Shown here one piece after another: positions 38,644 to 49,850 of a DNA stretch of 64,000 nucleotides; the first letter of the stretch is position 1, and the number at the start of each line of letters is the position of its first letter. Origin of the DNA: Mobula hypostoma (taxonomy: Eukaryota); NCBI RefSeq assembly GCF_963921235.1, contig NC_086108.1, forward strand, positions 106,580,001 through 106,644,000. The letters run 5' to 3'. The notes below the pieces were generated by a model. It saw only the letters and a program-made list of their open reading frames with translations, was not told where the DNA came from and made no database searches. A program made the position numbers and the translations under genes.

Positions 38644-39237
38644 CATGTTATTCAGTAAAAAATGCTGCCACAACAATTCTTCAGTACTCTGCTATAGCAT
38701 CTGTCTGCATGATGTGGCCAAAAGATCTCTGAATATTTGAACTTACAACCCAGAGACAAAAAAAAATTCATCACATCTCTAATAGTTTGCCAACTGCCCA
38801 ATATAATCCTAATGCAATTAACACATCCATTACAGAATCAGGCAAGTGGAGGGCAAAAGACAGATGTTCAACCTATTTTGAGATGCCAGCTCTTTGGTAT
38901 TTACTGATTTTGTATTCTGTCCAAGGCCGTGAGTTCCTAATGTGTGGGACCCAGAACTGTTCTCAGACAGGATTGTGTCATAAATTTGGGAACGTTTGGC
39001 TTTGGATTCTACCTTAACGGAGTGAAACATCTACATCCTCTCATGGCACCTTGTTAAACTGGTGGTTGCTAAGTTACTGGGCCAGGGTCAACAGGCCTGG
39101 TCTGATGGTACTGAGACAAGGGCTCTAATCCTCTCTGGATGAATGGCAATTTGCAAGCAGTTAATTAAATGATCTAGGATAACAGAAATGTGAAACTGTT
39201 AGACTCTTGATAAACCATCTAAAACTCATTTGTCCTG

Positions 39238-39592
39238 AGTGGATGTGGAGAGGATGTTTCCTATAATGGGTGATCTAGCACCAGAGAGCACATACTTAGA
39301 ATAGAGATGAGGAATTTAGAACAGAGATGATTAGGAATTTTTTTCGTCAGAGCTTGGTGAATCTGTGAAATTCATTACCATAGATGGCTGTAGAGGCCTG
39401 TTCATCGGGTATATTTAAAGTGGAGGTTGATAGGTTCTTGATCAGCAAGGATGTCACAGGTTATTGGGAGAAGGTAGGAGAATGGAATTGAGAGGAATAA
39501 TAAATCAGCCATGATGGCATGACAGAGCAGACTTGATTGGCTGAATGGCCTAATTCTGCTCCAAAGTCTTATGACCTCATGGTCTTATGGTC
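39238..39592 (+). mobile_element. CR1 3' fragment
   Basis: CR1 3' motifs; tail atggtcttatggtc. Confidence 0.75.
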
Positions 39593-39929
39593 CAGAGTAT
39601 GCCAGAGGTACCAGTCGATCTCTGAACACTGCTCTCTATAAGCTTAGGATCTCACTCAGTGTTTCCCCTCTAACATCCCAAGGTCTCCATCAGAACCAAT
39701 CAGATATCGTTCCTGGGATTCCCTTAGTTCTGTTCTGAGTTAGAAATTGGAACATGGACTAGTACTTAGTTGCGTAGCTGTCTCTAAGGAGTTTGTATGT
39801 TCCCCCCACGGCCATGTGTCTTTCCTCCAGGTGCTCCGCTTCCCTCCCAAATTCCAAATATGTACAAGTTAGTAAGCTAATTGTTCATTTGGGTGTAATT
39901 GAGTGATGAAGGCTGTATCTAAAATCAAA

Positions 39930-40555
39930 AGACCATAAGATCATGTGCAAAATATATAGGAGTAGAATTAGGCCATTCAGCCCATTGAAAAATCTCCACC
40001 ATCCTATCTTAGTTGGGTTGATTTATTATTTTTTGCAACCCCATTCTTCTGGCATCTCCCTGTAACCTTTGACACCCTGACTAATTATGAACCCATCAAT
40101 GACTCCTTTAAGTATTCCTAATGACTTGGCCTCCACGGCCGTCTGGCAATAAATTCCACAGATTCACACCCTCTGGATCAAGAAATTCCTCCTCATCTCT
40201 GGTGTAAAGGAATATCCTTATATTTGGAAGCTGTGCCCTCTGGTCTGAGATTTCCCCCACTATAGAACATTCTCCTTACTTTTTTTCTATCTAGGCCTTT
40301 CAATATTCAATGGGTTTTAATAAGATCTCTTCTCATTCTTTTAATTCCCAGTGAGTAAAGGCTCAGAGCCATCAAATATTCTTCATATGTTAATCTTTTC
40401 ATTCCTGGGATCATTCTCGTGAATTTCCACTAGATCCTCTCCAATAGCAGCGCATCCTTTCCTAAATAAAGGACCCAAAACTGCTTACAATACTCCAAAT
40501 GTGGTTTGACCAATCCCTTATAGGGACTCTGCATGACATCCTTGCTTTTATATGC
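39930..40555 (-). mobile_element. CR1 3' fragment
   Basis: Reverse CR1 3' motifs; tail agaccataaga. Confidence 0.75.
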
Positions 40556-40994
40556 TTGCTTTTAGAGCAGAGGATCAGGTCCTGCTGATTTCCTCCAGCA
40601 GATAGTTTGTGCTTCAGATTACAATATCAATAATCTCAGTTGTTTGTGGTCAGATGTCTACATAACAGATCTACTTGGGGAACAGGTGAACAATGTTTCT
40701 ACACTTCAAGCTACAATGAATTTCTTCCCCCAATTAAGTGGATGTTTTCAGTCACCTTCTGGGGAAATTCAGAGTTAGAGAAGGCAAATCTATGGTGGGC
40801 CCCATTAAATCCTGTAGGAGTAATTAGGAGTCATGTTATATCTAATGAGAAGCTGGAACTGGGAGTATGGTCTCACACAGCAGCTGAGGCAAGCTATAAA
40901 ATGCTTTGTGACTACGTGAGGAGAAATGGTAAAGTGGATGTGCTACAATTGTGTCAAGTCAAATTGAGTTTATCACCATATTCACAAACACAGT

Positions 40995-41370
40995 GATGTC
41001 CGTTCGTTATGTGCCGTGTCGTATAACATGGGCCATCATGGTCTTTCCATGACCATGATTGTTTTTGTCAAACTTTTCTGCAGAAGTGGTTTGCTATTGC
41101 TGCCTTCTGGGTGGTGTGTTTACAAGATGGCTGGACCCAGCTATTATCAGTACTCTTCAGAGATTGTCTGCCTGGCATCAGTGGACACATAACCAAGACT
41201 GGTGATATGCACCAGCTGCTCATATGACCATCCACCACCTGATCCCATGGCTTCACAAGACCCTGTTGGGGGGGCCTAAGCAGGTGTTACACCTTGCCCA
41301 TGGGTAACCTGCAGGAAAGGAGCACCTTATGCTTCCTTTGGTAGAGACGTATGTCCACCCCACCTCCCAC
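40995..41370 (-). mobile_element. RTE/BovB-type short element (SINE-like); partial second copy 49300-49452
   Basis: 3' end gaaggcagcaatagcaaaccacttctg resembles the BovB/Sauria-type tail; (aacg)n end; flanking CACAGT repeat (40989-40994 / 41371-41376). Confidence 0.7.
41271..41370 (-). ncRNA. Candidate HDV-like ribozyme at the 5' end of the RTE-type SINE
   Basis: P1 GUGGGAGG/UUACCCAU, P2 GGUGCU/GGCCCC, P3 CCU/AGG, L3 UUCCUGC, GGG, P4 AGGUG/CACCU, J4/2 GCUUA; mismatches in P1 and P2. Confidence 0.55.
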
Positions 41371-41764
41371 CACAGTTGAGGTACAATGTGATTTAAAAAA
41401 AAAATAGCTTGCAGTAGCACCAGAGGCATGTAGGTACAAACAACACGCAGAATATAAATGAGACATCCGTTATACATAAGGTTAGATAACGCAATGAAAA
41501 AATGACTGCATAAATGCAAAACACAAGTGTACAGAAAACATAGACATGTTGGGTAACAAGTCCACGTTAGTGCAAGAGATGGTCAGTAGTGTCCCATTAC
41601 TGAGGCAGGGTTAATGTTCTGCCAGTCAGACTAAGAACCCAATGCTTGTAGGAAAGTAGCTATTCCTGAATCTGGTGGTGTGGGAGTGCTATAGTAATGG
41701 GCCAGGAAATTTATGTGGGCCTAAGCTAGCCAGATTGCTATCTATCTATCTACTTATTTATGGG

Positions 41765-41826
41765 TCTGTCTGTCTGTTTGTTTGTTTATTTATTTATTTG
41801 TTTGTTTGTTTGTTTGTTTGTTTGTT
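41765..41826. repeat. (TCTG)/(TTTG)/(TTTA) microsatellite, tail of the adjacent SINE
   Basis: Direct reading. Confidence 0.85.
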
Positions 41827-42105
41827 GAGATCCAGTGTGGAATAGGCTCTTCAGCCCTTCGAACTATACTGCCCTACAATCCCCCAATTTAATCCTGGCA
41901 TAAACACAGTACAGTTTACAATGACTGTTTACCTGTTATGATTTTGGACTGTGGGAGGAAACCAGAGCACCTGGAGGAAACCCACATGGTCACGGGCAGA
42001 ATGTACAAACTCCTTACAGGCACCGGCAGACGTTGAACCGGGGTTAACCAGTTAACGCTTAACCCGGGTTAAGCATTGTGTTAACCACTATGCTACTGTG
42101 CAGCC
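41827..42105 (-). mobile_element. tRNA-derived V-SINE/HE1-like SINE; other copies ~24095-24580, 27315-27517, 34230-34396, 39775-39925, 47570-47700, 53640-53917
   Basis: Reverse of the V-domain gtttgtacattct.cccgtgaccatgtgggtttcctcc.ggtgctct.gtttcctcccacagtccaaa. Confidence 0.75.
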
Positions 42106-42434
42106 CCATTCTTTTAACTTTGCCTATTCCGACCATATTAATTTCATATAACTCTGCTTACCTTAGGTAGATTGGTACACAATTGTTCAGAATGATGATG
42201 GTAGATCAGGGTGTTTGAAATCTGCACGTAATCTACTGAGTAATCTAGTGTGAGGTGTAGTCACCTGGCACTCAAGAGACTCAGTTAAGGAGAGAGGGTG
42301 AGCAGTCTGGGACTGCACTCAATGGAGCACAAAAGAATGAGGGGAGAACTTACAGAGCTCTATAAAATTATGTGAGACATCGATGGGGTCAGTGGAGTGG
42401 CAGAGAGAGATCAATCTGGACAAATGTGAAGTGA

Positions 42435-42690
42435 CACACACAACATGCTGGAGGAACTCAGCAGGTCAGGCAGCATTGATGGAAATGAACAAACAGCCAA
42501 CATTTCGGGCTAACAGCCTTCTTCAACACTGAACAGGAAGGGGGAAATCGCCAGAATAAAAAGGTGGGCGGAGGGGAAGGAGGCTAGCTGGAAGGTGATG
42601 AGTGAAGCCAGGTGGATCGGAAGGTAAAGGCCTGGAGAAGAAGAAACCCAATAGGAGAGGAGAGTGGACCACAGGAGAGAGGGAAGGAGG
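42435..42690 (-). mobile_element. Penelope-like terminal repeat
   Basis: acacaacatgctggaggaactcagcaggtcaggcagcat + degenerate hammerhead + purine tract. Confidence 0.8.
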
Positions 42691-42714
42691 ACTTCTATAC
42701 CAGTCCAATCTCTT

Positions 42715-43287
42715 TGGAAGGTTGAACATGGAGGCAGAATACAGTGTTAATGGCAGGATTCACAGCAGTAGGGAGGAACAGAAGGATTTTGGGGTCCATG
42801 TCCATAGATCCCACAAAGTTGACACGCAAGGTGATGTGGTGTTTAAGAAGTTACTATGTGGCGTGTTGGCCAATTAATCAGGGGATTGAGATCAAGAGCC
42901 ACAATGTAATGTTGCAGCTCTATAAAACCCTGGCTAGACCACACTTGAAGTATTGTGTTCGACTCTGCTCACCTCATTATTGGAAGGATGTGGAAGCTTC
43001 ACAGAGGGTGCAGAGGAGATTTTCTCTTTGGAGTGCAAGAGAATGGAGATGTACAGCCCAGAGCAGAAATAACTAACAGAAGGAGGCAAAATTTTAAAGT
43101 GATTGGAGGAAGATATGGGGGATATCAGAGGTAAGCTTGCTACACAGAGGATAGCGGGTGCTTTGTATGCACCGCCAAGGGCGATAGTGAAGGTAGATTC
43201 ATTAGGGACATTTATGAGACTCTTAGATAAGCACATGGATGAAAGAAAAGTGGAGACCTTTGTGGGACACAAGGGTTAAATTGATTT
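42715..43287 (+). mobile_element. CR1 3' fragment
   Basis: ORF 42744..43076 LYKTLARPHLKYC...VQRRF. Confidence 0.75.
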
Positions 43288-43605
43288 TACTTACTTACTG
43301 CCGTTCCGCCGCTGGTGTTTAGGGCAGCAGTGAAGGTCCTCCATCTCTATATGTCCTTGGCCACTCCGATGTAGAAGGATTCTTCATTGCTGTTTCTGTA
43401 ACAGTTTTGTTTTACCAGTCAGGGTCATTAGCTCAGAGCTGAACCCCGAAACCTGGAGGCCACTCTTAGTCTGGCTTCTACCCTTTGACCTGTTTGGCAT
43501 GGGTGACCCTACCAAGAGCCAAAGCAAAAAGCCCTGACTCCAACCAACATAGCTCTCAGGGTCACTGAAGCACATAAGCCTCCAAACAATGGTAAGATTG
43601 TGGTC
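43288..43605 (-). mobile_element. Short bipartite RTE-derived element, copy A
   Basis: Homologous to 45072-45405; (taag)n tail; 5' leader with several helices. Confidence 0.7.
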
Positions 43606-43974
43606 TTATTTGAGGTAAATTAACCTTGAAGTAGGTAAAATGGTCGATGCAACATGGTGGACAAAAGGGTCTGCTTTGTGCTGTATTGTTTTATAAGTGT
43701 AGCTAATCTTTTTCTCGGGGCTAGGGAATGAAGAACCAGAGGGTATAGTTTCATGGTGAGAGGGGAGTGAATTAATAGGAACCTGAGGGGGCAAAATTTT
43801 TACATAGTAAGTGGTCAGTATACGGAATGAGTTGCCAGAGGAAGTGGCTGAGGCAGGTACTTTAACATTTTAAAATGTACTTGGACATGTACACGGATAT
43901 GAAAGTTTTAAAAGGATATGGGCAAACTGCAAGCAAATAGGATTAGCTTAGTTGGGAATCTTGGTCGGTATTGG

Positions 43975-44470
43975 AGAGAATTTAGAGCAGGTTCAGGAGA
44001 ATGATTCAGGGAATGAAAGGGTTGTCATATGAGCAGTGATTGAAGACTGTGGGGCTGTATTTGCTGGAATTTACAGGAATGAGGTGGGATCCCATTGAAA
44101 ACTATTGAATGTTGAAAGGTCTAACAGAGTGCATGTGAAGAGGACGCCTCCTTTGGTGGGGAAGTCTATGATCAGAGGACACAGGCTCAAAATAGACGGA
44201 TATCCATTTAGAATGGAGATTAGAAGGAATTTCTTTAGGCAGAGAGTGGTGAATCTGTGAAATTCATTACCACGAGTGACTGTGGAGGCCACGTCACTGG
44301 TGCATTTAAGGAGGAGTTTGATAGGTTCTGAATTAGTCAGGGTGTCATAGATCATGGGGAGAAGGCAGGATGATGGGTTTAAGAGGATAAATGGATCAGC
44401 CACGATGAAATGATGGAACAGACTTGATGGGTCAAATGGCCTAATTCGGCTCCTACGTCTTATAGTCTTA
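43975..44470 (+). mobile_element. CR1 3' fragment
   Basis: gagaatgattcagggaatgaaaggg, ttctttaggcagagagtggtgaatctgtg; tail gtcttatagtcttat. Confidence 0.75.
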
Positions 44471-44969
44471 TTTGAGCCAAAGGGCTGCTTTCTATTCTGC
44501 ATGAGTTTATGGTTCTACTGATAGAGCTCTGCTTCCCAGGCTAAGCCAGAGAAGAAAATTCCAGGAATTCTATGAGAGACAAGGCCAAGATTGCCAGCGT
44601 TCAAATACTGTCTGACATCTTACAGCTAATAGATAGAGAAAACCTTCTCTTTCCTTCAACGAGCAGGGCAGACTGAGGTCTCCAGAGATATGAGCTAAGT
44701 ATAGGGTTGTCTGTAACGCATCCACTGAATATCATTAGTGACGAGCCTTCGGAGTTTGACTTGCTTCAGCTGCAGTGATGATTGGCAAAATAATCTCATT
44801 CCATTTATTTCTTTTCTTCAATATTTTACATTAGGGAGAAAATGGCAGCTTCATGACAGATACAATTATATTTTAAATCAACATAAGCGTCAATATATTT
44901 CAGGTTGATTGCATTTATATTTGTAAAATTGACAATATGCTTTAGTTATTATACCAGGGCCTCAAAATA

Positions 44970-45995
44970 AACATAGAACATAGAACACTACAGCATAGTA
45001 CAGGCCTTTCGGCCCAAGATGTTGTACCATCATTTTAACCTACTTTAGTTTGATCACTCTAACCCTTCCTTCCTTACAGTCCATTACGCTGCTGGCCTTT
45101 AGGGCAGCAGTGAACGTTCTCCATCTCTGTCTGTCCATACCATCGCACACAAATGTAGAAGAATTCTTCATTGCTGTTTCTGTAACAATTGTTTTTTGAC
45201 CAGTCAGGGTTGTTAGCCCTGAGCTGAACCCCCAGACCTGGAGGACCGGTGGACCACTCTTCATCTGGCCTCTACCCTTTGACCTGTTTGACATGGGTGA
45301 CCCTACCAATAGCCAAAGCACAAGGCCGACTCCAGCCAACGCTGCTCTCCGGGTCTTTGAGGCATGCAAGCCTTCAAACCCTACAGTAAAGTTCTGGTCC
45401 TCTTGGAGGTTCTCTTCCACATAACCCTGAATTTTTCTGTCAACTATGTGCCTATCAAAGAGCTTCTTAAATCTCCCAAGTGTACTTGTCTCCAGCGCCA
45501 CCACAGGCAGTACGTTCCACACACTTACCAATTCTGTGTAAACACCTTACCTCTCGTATTTCCCCTATACTTTCCCCAATCATCTTAAATATTGACCACT
45601 CATATTAGCCATTTCTGCCCTGGAAAAAGAAAAAAAAAAATAGCTCAGGCTGTCCACTCTATCTATGCTTCTTATCAATTTATACACTTCCATCAAGTCA
45701 CCTCTCATCTCCTTTACTCAAAAGAGAAAAGCCCTGGCCTACTCAACTATCCTCATAAGACATCCCCTCTAGCCCAAGCATCATCTTGATAAATCTCAAT
45801 TGCACTCTGTCTAAAGTTTCCACAACCTTCCTATAGTGCAAGGGTTTCCAGACTTGTTTATGCAGTGGAGCCTTATCATTAACTGAGGGGTCCATGGACC
45901 CCAGATTGGGAACACCTGCTATAATGGGACAACCAGAACACAATATTCCAAAGGTAGTCTAATCAGGCTTTTAAAGAGCTGCCATACTACCTCAT
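44970..45995 (-). mobile_element. CR1 3' fragment interrupted by RTE-derived copy B
   Basis: Reverse tail aacatagaacatagaac; ORFs 45040..45531 and 45743..45943 carry CR1 motifs. Confidence 0.7.
45072..45405 (-). mobile_element. Short bipartite RTE-derived element, copy B
   Basis: 3' part encodes DRQRWRTFTAAL, an RTE C-terminal motif; 5' leader homologous to copy A. Confidence 0.7.
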
Positions 45996-46308
45996 GGCTC
46001 TTACAGTATTAAACAGTTGCAATATTAACTGACCCACTCACCCTGCCTATTACAGACTTTTTTTGACACCTGCTATTCCACAGTGGGCTAAAGTCTCAGT
46101 CAAATTCCACCCTACAATATATGGCCCAAAGGTGCAGTCAATAGGGCTGTTGTCCCCAATAACCTGGGTTCACTGACCTCTGGTGCTGCCCATGTGGAGT
46201 TTGCAAGTTCTCCCTGTGACTCTGCCTCCACTGTCACTGCCTAGTAAAGCAGACAGCATTATCACCCTGCACGTACTCTCTTCTCCCCTTTCCTATCAGG
46301 CAGAAGAT

Positions 46309-46875
46309 GGTTGGTTGTTCATCCATCATTGACGTCGATGAGGACCTCGACACCATTATGATGGTGTCGAGACTAACGCGTGATTTGGATTTAAGTGAGG
46401 GAGAGTTGCGCAGCGTCAGCCTCACTCTCTCTTCCCAATTTCCATCTGGATCCAGCGGCAAGACAGAGTTTAGATGGCTGGAGATGGGACTAGGCGCAGT
46501 GGATGACCAGGACGTCTTCTGTGTCTTGTCCTGCTCTACACGTTCCACGACGCTTGCAGAGACCGCCTTCTTGACCGTTGGACTTTCCATTGGTCTCGTC
46601 CGCTCAATCCGCCGGAGTCTGTCTTCACATGCTGGGATAGACAACTCCCTATCTCACCGAGGGTTTGAGACCCATCGGCTACCCTCACCTGGTTTAGCCG
46701 GCTTGTCGAAGCCGTTGCCCGGGGTGTGGCCGCTGTCGCATGCAAGCAGCTACGGGGAGCCACAGGTGAGAGCTGAGTGCCAGGTGGGGACCAAAGGTGG
46801 ACTAACCGCCCTGAAAAGGACGCGACATGTTACCCCACCAGAGGTGCTACCCCTCCCTGACACCCCATACACCCC
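46309..46875 (-). mobile_element. Young non-autonomous RTE-derived element (567 bp) inserted in a Rex1-type fragment
   Basis: TSD CAGGCAGAAGAT (46297-46308 / 46875-46886, first base shared with the element end); CpG-rich; (caac)n tail; no RT ORF; host Rex motif SGRRYKSL rejoins across it. Confidence 0.85.
46684..46875 (-). ncRNA. HDV-like self-cleaving ribozyme candidate
   Basis: P1 GGGGUGU/ACACCCC, P2 CUCACCUG/CAGGUGAG, P3 GGC/GCC, L3 UCCCCGU + hairpin, GGG-CAA, P4 CGGCUU/AAGCCG, J4/2 GCUAA; all elements in HDV order. Confidence 0.8.
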
Positions 46876-48644
46876 AGGCAGAAGATACAAAAGCCTGGAA
46901 GCACGTACCACCATCTATCCCATTGTTATCTGACTTTGGAACAGATCTCCTGTACAATAAGGTAGACTCTTGGCCTCACAATCGACCTTGCACCTTATTG
47001 CTGCATTTTCTCTGTACCTTTTGCATTTTATTCTGCATTCTGTTGTTTTACCTTGTTCCAGCTCAAAGCACTGTAAAATGATCTAATCTGTATGAACAGT
47101 ATGCAAGACCAGTTTACCTGCTCTGTACTTAGTGACTTCTGAGGTTGCTGATGAGGCCATTGTGGGAACTGTGGACCTCTACAGATAGAAGATACCTGAA
47201 TAAGTACACAGGTAGGTAGGAGGGGTAAGAGGGATATAGGCCAAACACAGGCAAGTGGGACCAGCTTGTTGGGCACCAGGGTCACCATGTTTGAGTTGGG
47301 CTGAAGGGCCTGGTTTCCTCCTCAAAGGTTAAAAGTCAAAGTAAATTTATTATCAAAGTATGTATATGCCATCATATACTACACAGAGATTCATTTTCTT
47401 ATAGGTATTTATAGAAAAGTAAAGAAATACAATAGATTTTATGAAAAACCTCATTATCAATGTGTAAAAAAACCTAAATTGTGGAAATAATAAAAAAGTA
47501 AATAAATAAATAAACAAACAATAGTGCTGTGTTACTCTATGACAATTGGTTCTGGATAGATGCCGGTGAGGTTTGCATTAGGAGTTTCCTCCCACCTTCC
47601 GAAGAGATCCAGGTTAGTGGGTTAATTGGTCACACGGGTGCAACTGGGCAGCGCAGGTTGGTTCAGCTGGAAGTCCGCTACTGTGCTGTATCTCTAAAGA
47701 AAATAAAAATAACATCATGTTCAAAAGACACCTAGATAGGTGCTTAGATAAGAAACATTTAGAGGGATACAGTCCAATTGCAGGCAAGTGGAATGAGTTC
47801 AGGAGGCCAACATGGTTGGCATGAACAGGATGGGCTGAAGGCCCTGTATTACTCCGACTCTGACAGGTTCTGGGTTTCCTAGATGCCCGTGAAAACCAAG
47901 TACTACAGAAGCTCCAAAGACCTCATCCTTGGAAGAGGAAGGATCCGACTATAAGATGGACTACACCTGGGGACAACGTGAAAAATAGGCCCAGGACCAA
48001 GGATTCAGGCAAGCCACTGTCGGTGACCTATGCCCAAGTAGGGCTGATGGGTAAGTAAGTAATTAAGAGCTTCTGAAGGGCTCTGTATCCATCACATGCT
48101 CTTCCTCCTTTTTTGGTGCAAAGGCAGATGTAGCAGAGCCTTCTCCCCCTTCCTGATCTGAGCTCTGACAAGCTGCGGCCTTGTACAGCAGCAACTGCAC
48201 TTCAGAAATGTTTCACTGGTCACAATGTGCTCTGTGATGTCCTTCAACGTTTCTCAGTGCTTTACATCAGGGAACAAAGTGGCAGCTCTGTGACAAACAC
48301 AATTATATTTTAAATCAACAACATATTTCAGCCTGATTACATTCAATTGTGTTAAATTGACAACATACTTTAGCTGAAAGGTGGGTGAAGGATGCTTTGG
48401 CAGATGTAATATTTCCTTGGTGGAGATAGGCATGTTTCTGTGGCAATGGAATGCAGATTTCCCTACATAAACTCTGTATCCACATCTTGCTGCCACAGAA
48501 AAGCAGACAGCATAATCAGGTATCCGTCCCACCCTCAACATTCTTTCTTCTGCACCTCGTGTTCCCCCCTATCATGGGGCAGATCATACAACAGCCAAAC
48601 AATACATCTACAGTATTCTGTTGTTAGTTGAATCTTGCAGACTG

Positions 48645-49262
48645 GCCTTCATAAATCAAATTATTGAGTACAGGAGGCAGGATGTTATGTTGAAGTTTTA
48701 TAAGACATTGGTGAGGCCTAATTTGGAGTATTGTGTGCAGTTTTGGTCACCTACCTACAATAAGGGTGTAAATAAGATTGAAAGAGTACAGTGAAAATTT
48801 ACAAGGATGTTGCCAGGTCTGGAGGACCTGAGTTATAAGGAAAGAACGAATAGGTTAGGACTTTATTCCTTAGAATATAGGAGAGTGAGGGAAGATTTGA
48901 TTAAGGTATACGAAATTATGAGGGATATAGATAGGGTAAATGCAAGCAGGCTTTTCCACTGATGATGGGTAGGACAACAACCAGAGGTCATGGGTTAAGG
49001 GTGAAAGGTGAAAAGTATAAAGGGAACATGAGGGTAAGCTTCTTCACTCAGAGGGTCATGAGAGTGTGGAACGAGCTGCCAGTGCAACTGGTAGATGCAA
49101 GCTTGATCTCAATGTTTAAGAGAAGTTTGGGTAGGTAGATGGATGGTCGGGGTATGGAGGTTTATGGTATTGGTGCAGGTCAATGGGAGTAGGCAGTTTA
49201 AATGGTTTCAGCATGGAGTAGATGGGCTGAAGGGCCTGTTTCTATGCTATGCTTTCCTATGA
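48645..49262 (+). mobile_element. CR1 3' fragment
   Basis: Colinear with 26130-26745. Confidence 0.85.
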
Positions 49263-49454
49263 CTCAATGAATTTGTTACAACATCATCATCAACATTACA
49301 ATCATCCACCGCCTGCTCCTATGGCTTCACATGATCTTGATTGCGGGGGGGGGGGGGGCTAAGCAGATGGCCCAAGAGTGACCTGCAGGCTATCAGGGGG
49401 AAGGAGTACCTTGCACTTCCTTTGGTAGAGATGTATCTCCATCCTGCCACCTAT

Positions 49455-49850
49455 CATTGGAACAACACAAAATAACACAATAACAGAGTGCAGAATAAAG
49501 TGCTAAAGTTATAGAGAACGTACAATGCAGGTGGTGAATCAATACAATAACATCCAAAATCATAACAAGGTAAACTGTATGGTCAAAAGCCCTTCTTATT
49601 GTACTAGGGGATTGTTCAATTGTCATATAACGGCAGGATAGATGCGGTCCTTGAGATTAGTGGTGTGTGCTTTTCGGCTTTTAAACCTTCTACCCAATGG
49701 CAAAGGAGAGAAGAGAAAATACCTGGGGTGATTGCGGCTTTTAACGATGCTGGCTGCTCTACTGAGGCAGTAAAAAGTATAGACAGTGTTCACGCAGGGG
49801 AGGTTGGTTTCTCTGATGCACTGAGCTGTGTTCACAACTCTTTTGCAGTT
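49455..49850 (-). mobile_element. Rex1/Babar-type LINE 3' fragment
   Basis: ORF 49623..49835 HPRYFLFSPLPLGRRFKS...IYPAVI. Confidence 0.7.

Noticed and set aside
40640..40996. 118-aa ORF in unique sequence
   Set aside because: Non-ATG start, no recognisable motif and no convincing splice context
46307..46933. 208-aa ORF spanning the RTE-derived element
   Set aside because: Antisense to a GC-rich non-coding element, runs into the Rex flank, and has no recognisable domain
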